Positions 52,860 to 61,940 of a DNA stretch of 64,000 bases are shown piece after piece; within the stretch, counting starts at the first letter, position 1, and every line of letters starts with the position of its first letter. Below the pieces are notes generated by a model. The model saw nothing but the letters and a program-made list of their open reading frames with translations, was not told where the DNA came from and searched no databases. The DNA lies in the NCBI RefSeq assembly GCF_000142905.1, contig NW_013657655.1:372285-436284 (forward strand), read 5' to 3'. The DNA is from Thecamonas trahens ATCC 50062 (Eukaryota; Protista; Apusomonadida). The position numbers and the translations under genes are program-made.

Positions 52860-55800
52860 TTAGAGCAGGCCGTGGCGCATCTTAGCCGGCGGCTGGCTCG
52901 AGTCGGTGTTGCTGGCGTCGAGGCTGCGGTGATCGCCGCGACGACGCTTGCGCGACAGCGGCGGCGACGTCCCCCGCGACGGCGACGTCTCCGACGGCGA
53001 CGGCTCCGAGAAGTTGCTTGCCTGGCGCATCCGGGCGAGTTGATGCGGAGTGCTGGAAAAGGCGGTGTCGTTTGAGGTGGCGGACCGCGGGTTGAGCGTG
53101 GTAGCCCGGACCTGCCAGCAGTCGATGATGACGGCGCCGCGGCCGGCAGCAGCTGCCTGGCGCCACAGCCGGCGGCTCGTGATGACGTCGCGCGCGGGCA
53201 GGTTGGCGGGATCCAGGGCCGGCAGGGCCAAGATGGCGGGAAGGGTAGTGGTGGAGATGAAGACCAGGCCTGCGTTGGGCTTGCAGTTTGTCTTGATGCA
53301 GCGGACGATCTTGGTGCCCGATCGCACACCTTGCGGCACGTCGCCGGTGGCGCCAAGGCCGACGATGCCCGGCGAGGGACGATGGATGGCGTTGTAGAAG
53401 CCGCTGACGACGTTCGAGTCGGGGTTTTTGGATCGAGCCACCAGTGCGAGCTGAGCCAGCTCGTCGTAGGAGATTGTACGGTTGGCCATCTCGATGTAGC
53501 AGCGCGGATGGACGGTGCTGGCGTCGAGGATGCCGGGACGGACGTAACGGATGTTTTTGGCATCGGGTAGAAGAGTGGCAGCATCGAGAGCGTTAAGGCG
53601 GCGGTTCTCGACATCCATAGCGACACACTTGTTGATTGTGGCGTTGATCCGGCCGATGGAAGCGGTGGTGTTGGTTTGTGTGACGCGGGTAAACTCGAGG
53701 ATGCGGTCGTAGGTGATGTCGACGACAATGCCAAAGGCATGCGCGCCGGCATGGGCCGAGATCGGCCCCTCAGTGGAGAATCGGGCAAGAGCCAGGCTGG
53801 CGGCGAGAGCCTCGGCGATGAGTGGAGTTGTGGAGGTGGAGACGACGGCGAAGTACGACGACTCGCCGATCGCGTGCTTGTTAGTGGCAGCGAGGAAGTG
53901 CATGAACGCCTCAATCAAGATGGGCTCCTGTGCCACAAACACGATGCGACTGGCGTCACAAGGGACGCGAATCAGATGGTTGCCAAGCCACGGGATACCA
54001 GAGAGGGTGTTGTGGTAGCATGCGACCGCATCTTCGAGGGAGGACGGAGCGGTGTGGGCGATGGAGACATCGACGACAGCGAGCGGGCCGTTGGCATCGC
54101 TGTTGGCGGTGATGAAATCGTTGTACTCGCACTTGTTGGTGTCTGAGATTGCAGCAGCAAGCGTGACGTCCGAGCGGTCGTTGGCGATGTCGAGCATGAG
54201 GACGGCGGGCGGGTCAGCTCCAGGTGCTGGAGGGAACAAGTTGGCGCGGCAGCTTGAGAGACGGTTGATGGTGGTGTAGTCGTGGGGGGTCGCAGAGGCG
54301 TCGGTGAGGGAGAACGAGATGGTTGTGGCGACGGGATCGAGATCTCCGCGGAGGTTGTTTGCTACGGCGGCCACGATGCTGGGATCGTCGTTTTCCGCGG
54401 TGAGGATAGCACGCAGGTTGCTGGCGGTGTTGTAGCGGGCGTTCTTGATGGCGATGACGACTGCGCTCGAGTCGGCTCTGAGCTTCTCAACGGCCAACTT
54501 GAACTCGTTAAAGCGGAGGTTGGGCGTCGTTGGCGGCTTGATGGCAAAGGTCGCGGCGAGGTAGCACTTCTGAATGGCCTTGTTGAACGCCTTGACGACC
54601 CAAGAACGGATGGCAATGAGGAGTGCGGCGACAGCGGCAGTGACGGCATCGCGGTCGGCTGCTGTGATAGCGGCGTGGAGCTCGTGAAGGAACCGCTTCT
54701 CAGCAGAACGAGAGATGGTGGTAATGCTGGCGGTGTCGGGGACCATCAAGAGAGACAGAGCGTCCTTGTCGCGGTTGCGGATGTTGATCTCCAGGCTGTG
54801 CCTGATGCTGTCGGAGACAGTGCGAGCTGCGTCGTCGATCATGTTGCATGTGGTCGAGAGGAGAGCAGCGCCAACTTCGTCCGTGTTCTGGACGAGCGTG
54901 TTGGAGTCAGTTGCGTGGTCAGGGAATCGAAGAGGCTCATTGAGGCTTTCCACAATGAGCTCTGCGAGGATGTTGACATCATACGAACCGGTAAGGTAGT
55001 CGATGGTGGGGCCCAAGTCCTGGTCGTAACAAGCCTTGGTGTTCCGGATGGTGTCGACAGAGGTGTTGATGATGTCGGTGACGTCGGCGTTGACTGGAGC
55101 GAGATCGTTGACTTCCAGGGTACGGACGCGGCGAACGATGCGGGAGGCAGCGTTGGCGACGGTGCTGCCGGCAGCTGCACAAGCCCACTCGACCATATCC
55201 GCAAGCCAGGCGTGAGCACGAGTAGAAAAATCGAGGAGGCACGAGGCGGCAACACTAAGCAACTTGAGGTTGGTGATGTCGAGGAAGAGGTGCGGGGACG
55301 ATGCGGCGCGGGCGGTGCGGGCGATCTGGCGAAGAAAAGGCCACGGATTGGTGTTGACAGGCACGGAAGCCGGGTCAATGGCCAAGAGGCAGGTCATGAT
55401 AGCATCCGTTAGTTTGGCGTTGTCGTCGTCACCAAGGCTAGAGGCGTCGACGTTGCAGAGGTTGACAACAAACGGAACGCGAGCGTCGTCGATGGGGCGG
55501 GAGGCGATGGCCTGCATGAGGTGTTGCAGGTTGTTGGCGATGGCGACACGGCGGGTGATGACGCAGATGATGTCGATAGCGGCGATGGCGGCGGCGATGT
55601 CGTCGGGCGAGGCCTTGGGGCCGAGGCCGGGGACGTCGACCGGCTCGAGGTAGGGGCCGGTCTTCCAGGGGCCAACAGCCTCGATGACGGCGCCAGGAGG
55701 GGCAGAGGCGGAGGCGGAGGCAATGACGGCGGGCATGGTACGCCACTCGACAGGCGAGATGCTTACAGGATCTGAGCAGGGCGTACGCGTCTCGCGGTCG

Positions 55801-56390
55801 ACGATGCGGACGATGAGCTGCTCGCGGTTGTAGACGAGGTGGACCGGAACGGTGGTGACCGAGTTGGCGCCCGCCGAAGACGGCAGTGGCCACTGCCCAA
55901 AGAAGTCTATGAGATCAGTGATGGGCAGATCTGGCTCTTGCTTGACAGCAATGGTAGCAAGAGTCTGCATATCGGCCACGAGCTGATTGAGGCGACAGGA
56001 CTTACCGCAGCCCATGGGAGCAAAAATGGCCACAGTGACACGCCGGTGAAGAAAATTGTGAGTTACAGTACGGAACTCTGAGACCTTGGCGATATAGTTG
56101 CAGTCAGTGGGGGTCGCGAGCTCTGTCGCAATCTGGAGCTGGCTTAGGCGTTGGATGCTATCGAAGGACCGGACGGGGATAAGGCCGGTGGAAGGGTAGG
56201 TGGCAAGAAAATCCGATGTGGTTTGAACACGGCAGGCAGTGGAAGCGGTGGAAGAACAGTTGTTGGCCTTGCGGCGCTTGGCCTTGGCCTTGCGGCGCTT
56301 GGCCTTGGCCTTGCGGCGCTTGGCCTTGGTCTTGCGGCGCTTGTGGGAGGACTCGCGGCTTGAGCGAGATGGGTTGCTTGACTTCTCCAT
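52860..56390 (-). CDS. 1176-aa protein with basic N-terminal repeats and a dynamin-like (SLIP-GC-like) P-loop GTPase domain; C-terminal domain unidentified
   Basis: G1 VAIFAPMGCGKS, LPSS...SVTTVPVHLVYN (G2), G3 VDVPGLG, followed by a long helical region. Confidence 0.65.
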   Translation of the reverse strand: MEKSSNPSRSSRESSHKRRKTKAKRRKAKAKRRKAKAKRRKANNCSSTASTACRVQTTSDFLATYPSTGLIPVRSFDSIQRLSQLQIATELATPTDCNYIAKVSEFRTVTHNFLHRRVTVAIFAPMGCGKSCRLNQLVADMQTLATIAVKQEPDLPITDLIDFFGQWPLPSSAGANSVTTVPVHLVYNREQLIVRIVDRETRTPCSDPVSISPVEWRTMPAVIASASASAPPGAVIEAVGPWKTGPYLEPVDVPGLGPKASPDDIAAAIAAIDIICVITRRVAIANNLQHLMQAIASRPIDDARVPFVVNLCNVDASSLGDDDNAKLTDAIMTCLLAIDPASVPVNTNPWPFLRQIARTARAASSPHLFLDITNLKLLSVAASCLLDFSTRAHAWLADMVEWACAAAGSTVANAASRIVRRVRTLEVNDLAPVNADVTDIINTSVDTIRNTKACYDQDLGPTIDYLTGSYDVNILAELIVESLNEPLRFPDHATDSNTLVQNTDEVGAALLSTTCNMIDDAARTVSDSIRHSLEINIRNRDKDALSLLMVPDTASITTISRSAEKRFLHELHAAITAADRDAVTAAVAALLIAIRSWVVKAFNKAIQKCYLAATFAIKPPTTPNLRFNEFKLAVEKLRADSSAVVIAIKNARYNTASNLRAILTAENDDPSIVAAVANNLRGDLDPVATTISFSLTDASATPHDYTTINRLSSCRANLFPPAPGADPPAVLMLDIANDRSDVTLAAAISDTNKCEYNDFITANSDANGPLAVVDVSIAHTAPSSLEDAVACYHNTLSGIPWLGNHLIRVPCDASRIVFVAQEPILIEAFMHFLAATNKHAIGESSYFAVVSTSTTPLIAEALAASLALARFSTEGPISAHAGAHAFGIVVDITYDRILEFTRVTQTNTTASIGRINATINKCVAMDVENRRLNALDAATLLPDAKNIRYVRPGILDASTVHPRCYIEMANRTISYDELAQLALVARSKNPDSNVVSGFYNAIHRPSPGIVGLGATGDVPQGVRSGTKIVRCIKTNCKPNAGLVFISTTTLPAILALPALDPANLPARDVITSRRLWRQAAAAGRGAVIIDCWQVRATTLNPRSATSNDTAFSSTPHQLARMRQASNFSEPSPSETSPSRGTSPPLSRKRRRGDHRSLDASNTDSSQPPAKMRHGLL
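56265..56343 (-). repeat. 21-bp coding tandem repeat (KAKRRKA) x3.7, NLS-like
   Basis: GGCCTTGCGGCGCTTGGCCTT at 56265, 56286 and 56307, plus a variant partial copy. Confidence 0.92.
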
Positions 56391-56478
56391 GGGTAAAGTC
56401 GAGTGGATGCCGGTGAGGAGTTGGCATATGTGTGGAAAAAGCGCAGGGTTTTGTTAAGGAAGTGGGACCAGAAACTGC

Positions 56479-56527
56479 AAAGTGCAAAATGCATCGGCTG
56501 GCAGGCTGATTTGCATTTTTGCACTTT
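56479..56527. promoter_or_regulatory. Inverted repeat/hairpin upstream of the GTPase ORF
   Basis: AAAGTGCAAAATGCA...TGCATTTTTGCACTTT arms with an inner TCGGC/GCTGA pairing. The regulatory role is inferred from position only. Confidence 0.5.
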
Positions 56528-56888
56528 TACTCTGCAGGGAATGTTGGGCCATGAGAGGTAGCGAAGGTGTGTACAAGGGTATGGTAGCATGTGTAGAAGC
56601 ACTTGGATGGATATCTGTGTGGATGTGGATGTGCGTGTTGTCGATGAGGATGGGGGGGCTGAAGGTGAGCGATTTTGCACTTTTTGCCCTGGGCAGCGCC
56701 GGTGGCCATTGTTCCGCGGCGTAAAAGGGAGAGAGGGAGAAAGATAGGGGAGCTTGACATGCCGTACAAGCAAGACAGTGGGGAGAAGATAGTGTAGCGA
56801 GTGAATGGGGGAGGGAGTCTCTTTGTTGTGGTGTTGACGGCGCCGGTGGTGGTGGCAGGGAGGGGGGGTCCAGAGGCACCGGGCCGTG

Positions 56889-56928
56889 GCTACTTTCGAT
56901 TGCGACATGCTACTTTCGATTGCGACAT
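56889..56928 (+). repeat. Perfect 20-bp direct tandem repeat GCTACTTTCGATTGCGACAT x2
   Basis: Read directly from the sequence. Confidence 0.95.
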
Positions 56929-59900
56929 TACCGACTCTAGGCCGGCTAATGTAGTTGCTTGAGCTACTTTAGGCCTGCCAAATACATGATGACATCAATG
57001 CTGGCAAATGGACCCAGTGCGTGCAGGACTGCATCGTAGGTGTCGCAGTGATCAAGAAGGAGGGCCAACACGACGGCGTCGTTGATGTCGGCGGTGGGCG
57101 GTGGGGCGCCCGGGACGGCCTGGGTGGCAGGGTTGGGCTCAGAGGCGTTGGCGTGGTCTGTAGAATCCATCACTGCTGGATAGGTACGAAAGGTGTGGTA
57201 GCGAGACAGGTGGGGAATAAAGTTGGCCGGGTTGTACGGCAATCCGAATGTAAAACAGCGAGTGCGCGAGGCGGAAATGGGTGAGGAACGGCAGGGATTG
57301 AGGCATGCATGGGTAGGGCGGCGTGGGAAAAGTCAAGCAGGCAGCAAACAAGAGTCTTGGCGGGGGAGGAGGGGAAAGCCATGGTCAAAGTCACGTTAAG
57401 CGTGCCGCGGATCATGTTGGTTATGGTAGAGCTGATGTTGCTTCTCTTGTCACTCTTGCTGAGACAATTGCTGTCGTCGTGATGCACGTCGTCGTCCAAC
57501 TCGTCCCACGCCGTTGTCGTCAGGGTTGAGGCATGGGTAAGGCGATGGGAGTGGGTGCAGGCAGAGTAAGTAGCAGCAACAAAGGAGCAGAGGGAAGGCG
57601 GGGGTGGGGATGTGTTTCGGAGGAGAGTGAGAGTGGGAGTGCCCTATCCTCGGCCAGCCAGCCGTCGGATTGGGTCATGATCGGCGGCGCAGTAGGCGGG
57701 AAGGAGGCGAGGCAAGACAGAGCAGGCAAGGTGGGGTTGATGAGACGGAAGCAGGCAGTTGTGAGCTGCGAGGCAGAGTAGAAGAGAGTGAGGTGGAGGG
57801 AGAGCAGAATCAAAGTCAGGCCGATGATCATGGGTGCGTCATCGTGAGTCGGTGTCGGCTGGCAGCTGAGTCGGCCGGGGTGTTGGTGACGACGATGGTG
57901 ACAACGGTAACGACTCGCACCAGGTCAACTGGCTCTGGGCCCATCACACTCGCACTCCTGAACCCGTTCGCCGTTCTGAAGTTCCGATCTCAGGCCCTCA
58001 CCCTCGACCTCGGCCTGACTGCTCGCCTGTGTCGGGTGTCGTTCACTTGACTGCCCGGCAGCGATGCAGCGCCGATGGTCATCCACAGCAGCTACCTCGC
58101 TCGCAACGTGTGGTTCATGCCTATTCTCTTCCTTCTCTCTCCGCAGAAGCCACAGCCTCGGCCTCAGCCACCGCCACCGCTTTGGCTCGTCGTCCGCCGC
58201 CTCAACCATCACACCCATCGCCAGCCATCGCCATCCCCCATCCCCATCACTATCCTCATCAGCATCAGCAATATCACCAACTTGGTCATCGCCGCCTTGG
58301 GCCTGGACTTTCTCTTCTCCCGCCTCAGCAGCAGCACGGCGTCCATGCCGGCGACGAGCGGCTGGCCGTCACTCGACCACTCGCTGCTCGCCTCGGCCTC
58401 GGCCACAGCAGCAGCGCTAGCAGCAGCCGTAGCCACCACACTCGTCCCACTCCATCCATCTACACCCCCTCACCTCCTTTCCCTGTGACCACACCAGCCA
58501 CTCCCCCCTGTATAGCCAGATGCAGGTCGTGCTGAGCTTGATCGGGCTTGATTTGGCTTGGCTGCGGATAGTTGAGCGGGCGGGCGAGCGAGCGGGGAGT
58601 TGCTGGCCAGCGAGCAGTCGACAGGAGACGACGACACGGGCATCAGGACACAAGATCGGGCGGCAGACCAGTGTAGTCTTATCTACCACCTCAACCCCTA
58701 ATCCTTCTCCTTCGCCCTCCTTCCCTCTCCTTCGCCCTGACCAGCCCACTGGCCTCGTGTGACCCGTCGGTCCTCTCACCACCAGCTGTGTTGGTTGACA
58801 GGTGGGCTGGGGCAGGATGGGCAAAGCGGGGAGAAGGAGGGGAGGAGGAGGTGGGGCAAGGGACTGATAGCCACTGCCACTTGTCTCACTACCCACAAGT
58901 AGATCATGCTATACTCGTGCTCTGCCTAGCCTGATCGGGGTTGTGCCGGCGGTGGACGGGTCGGCTTGGGCGGCGATCGGTGGTGAGCAGCAGGCGGTCG
59001 GCAGTGATGCTGATGACGGGATTGTGTCGGCTGATGTTAGTATCGAGGCAAGGGGATTGGGTGGGTGAGATTGTGGGGATAGTGGATAAGTGTGGTGTGG
59101 GTAGGGTGGTTGTGGGTTGGGATGGTGGGGAGTGGGGGTCGGAGATGGGACTGGGTCGGGGGGCTGAGCACCTTCGAAGGGACACCGGGCCAACAGCTTG
59201 GGCCTGAGCCGGCGGAACTCGGATTCTGGAATACTGCAGCTGTGGAGTGGAGACTGAGCAAGGTGGTAGTGTGTGTATGTATTAGGGTAAGAGTGTAATC
59301 AGATTGGCCATATCTTGCAATGAGTGTGATGGGGGTTGTGTGCGGGGTCGGGCGGTCGAGGGCGTGCTCAACCGCCTAGGGAAAACAAGTCGACGCGCAA
59401 GTGAGCCGAGGAAGATGAGTGTCGATGACAGCGATATTGATACTGGTGATAGTGTGGGGTGTGTGATGACATTGGGTGAGGTTGTGGGTAGCGTAGCTGG
59501 TAGTAGGAAGGAGCTAGGTGGTGATGAAGATGGGCCTGATCGGGCGAGCGGGCGCCGGCTGGCGGCTGGTGGTCGGCGAGGCGGAGCAGTTGAGGGAGCT
59601 GGGTCGGGGCTGGATGGCTTGGAAATGCTTTTGGTTGGTGAATAGGCAGTCTGCCATGGGATGGTTAAGGGATGACGGTGTCGGAGTCGGGGAAGAGGAT
59701 GGGGGTGAGCTGGAGCGGGGAGAGGAGGAGGATGAGGAGGAAGAGGAAGCCGAGTGCGCGATGGGATGATGGTGGGCTTGGCCATGGCATGGGGGTGGGA
59801 GTTGTGGCTGGGATGGAAGTGATGGTGGTGGAGTAGGGGGTGGGGTGGTCGTTTGTGGTGACGGGTGGTAATGAGTATGGTAGGGGGGATGAGGGGGGTC

Positions 59901-61001
59901 GTGATGTGGGAGGCGGGACGGGCGAAGCGGTGATGGATATGGCAATTGGGCTTGAGCATTGATGACGATGGGAATGATACGGCTGATGGGTGTGTGTGGG
60001 GTGTGGTTGATGAGGGTGGCGGGTACTTGGCCGGCAGAGGGAAGGCGGCGGACGTTAATTGAGTTGAACGTTGAATTAATTGAAGAAAAGCCGGAACCAG
60101 CGTCAAACGAGGCAATGACGACCACAACAACAACCAAAGATCATACATGGCTTGCACAGCACACGTATGAGTAAGCCAACAGGGACTGAACAAAGCTAGC
60201 AGGCAATGGGATGAACTCGGGTGACGTTCAGGTCGATGAGGCAGACCGCGGATGATCGATCAGATCTCCAGATCAACCATGATCACGACACAACAGGGTG
60301 AACACAAAATACATTGCATGCACAACTATTGACCATGGCCAACGACAACAAAGTTGAGAATCGATGGTGTAGTGAGCAACGGTCGATCAAGGATGTGGAA
60401 GTCAAGGTTGATGAAAACAGGAGAGTCAAGAACAAATAAAGCATGACAAATAATGATAAAAAGCAACAACAAGAACGAAAGGAATGATCAATGGGGATGC
60501 ATGTCGATTGTAGTCAACCATCACAGGCAAAAGCAACCAAAGCAGAACATGAAGGCCGACAATAGCAACAACAAAGCATGTGGAAACATGAACGGCAACA
60601 AACAAAGAACAAGGTAAGCCACCAACAAGAGAGCAGAAAGAATCGAATGATCAATTAACAATGATCAATGACAATCAATTGAATGTCAAACAATCAAACG
60701 AGTGACGAGTGGCGAATCATGGAAATATTGAATGACGTTCATGTCACCCACCAACCCGCACATGCCACTCGGCCGAACAAGTGACACGGGCAAGTGTCAA
60801 TGGAGGGATGGGGAAATTGAATCAGCATCAAAGACTCAATTCAGGCCCGTGCACAGCCATGTGCATGGTGGCGTCGAGGATGAGTATGGTGAAGTGGGTG
60901 GGAATGTGGATGTGGGTCATGGGTGGGATGGGTAGGGGTGGCAAGGGGGCAGTGAGTGGCAAGTGGAGTGAATGGTGGTCGGTGGGGAGAAATGGAGTGG
61001 G

Positions 61002-61067
61002 GCTAGGGTTGATGAGGCATCAGCTAGGGTTGACGAGGCATCAGCTAGGGTTAGGGTTAGGGTTAGG
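61002..61067 (+). repeat. Telomere-like repeats: two 21-bp units GCTAGGGTTGA(T/C)GAGGCATCA followed by about 4 (TTAGGG)-type units
   Basis: gctagggttgatgaggcatca gctagggttgacgaggcatca gctagggttagggttagggttagg. Confidence 0.9.
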
Positions 61068-61134
61068 TGCAGCTTGGGGTCGGTGCCGGGGGTGAGGCTT
61101 TAGGGGGGGTGGGGTCCGTGGTCTGGCGGAGGGT

Positions 61135-61332
61135 GAGGCTTCAGGCTTCAGAGAGCTAATGCCTGAGTTCCCGAGGCTTCAGGCATTATGCCTGGCTGAG
61201 GCCTCAAGGCCTGACCCGGCAGAGCTAATGCCTCAAATGAGCCAATTAGTTCTCCCATGGGAGCTAAAGCCTCGAAGAGCGGCATTAGCTCCGAGGTCTG
61301 GGAGGCATAGGGTTAATGCCGGGCTTAATGTC
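61135..61332. repeat. Array of GAGCTAATGCC motifs in both orientations, with palindromes
   Basis: GAGCTAATGCC at 61153 and 61222; reverse complement GGCATTAGCTC at 61281; variants at 61181, 61261, 61311 and 61321. Confidence 0.8.
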
Positions 61333-61940
61333 NNNNNNNNNNNNNNNNNNNNNNNNNNNNNNNNNNNNNNNNNNNNNNNNNNNNNNNNNNNNNNNNNNNN
61401 NNNNNNNNNNNNNNNNNNNNNNNNNNNNNNNNNNNNNNNNNNNNNNNNNNNNNNNNNNNNNNNNNNNNNNNNNNNNNNNNNNNNNNNNNNNNNNNNNNNN
61501 NNNNNNNNNNNNNNNNNNNNNNNNNNNNNNNNNNNNNNNNNNNNNNNNNNNNNNNNNNNNNNNNNNNNNNNNNNNNNNNNNNNNNNNNNNNNNNNNNNNN
61601 NNNNNNNNNNNNNNNNNNNNNNNNNNNNNNNNNNNNNNNNNNNNNNNNNNNNNNNNNNNNNNNNNNNNNNNNNNNNNNNNNNNNNNNNNNNNNNNNNNNN
61701 NNNNNNNNNNNNNNNNNNNNNNNNNNNNNNNNNNNNNNNNNNNNNNNNNNNNNNNNNNNNNNNNNNNNNNNNNNNNNNNNNNNNNNNNNNNNNNNNNNNN
61801 NNNNNNNNNNNNNNNNNNNNNNNNNNNNNNNNNNNNNNNNNNNNNNNNNNNNNNNNNNNNNNNNNNNNNNNNNNNNNNNNNNNNNNNNNNNNNNNNNNNN
61901 NNNNNNNNNNNNNNNNNNNNNNNNNNNNNNNNNNNNNNNN

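Noticed and set aside
56964-60193. Many short ORFs in the gene-poor region, including MDSTDHANASEP... at 56964-57171
   Set aside because: No recognisable motifs and mostly low-complexity; cannot be supported without expression data.
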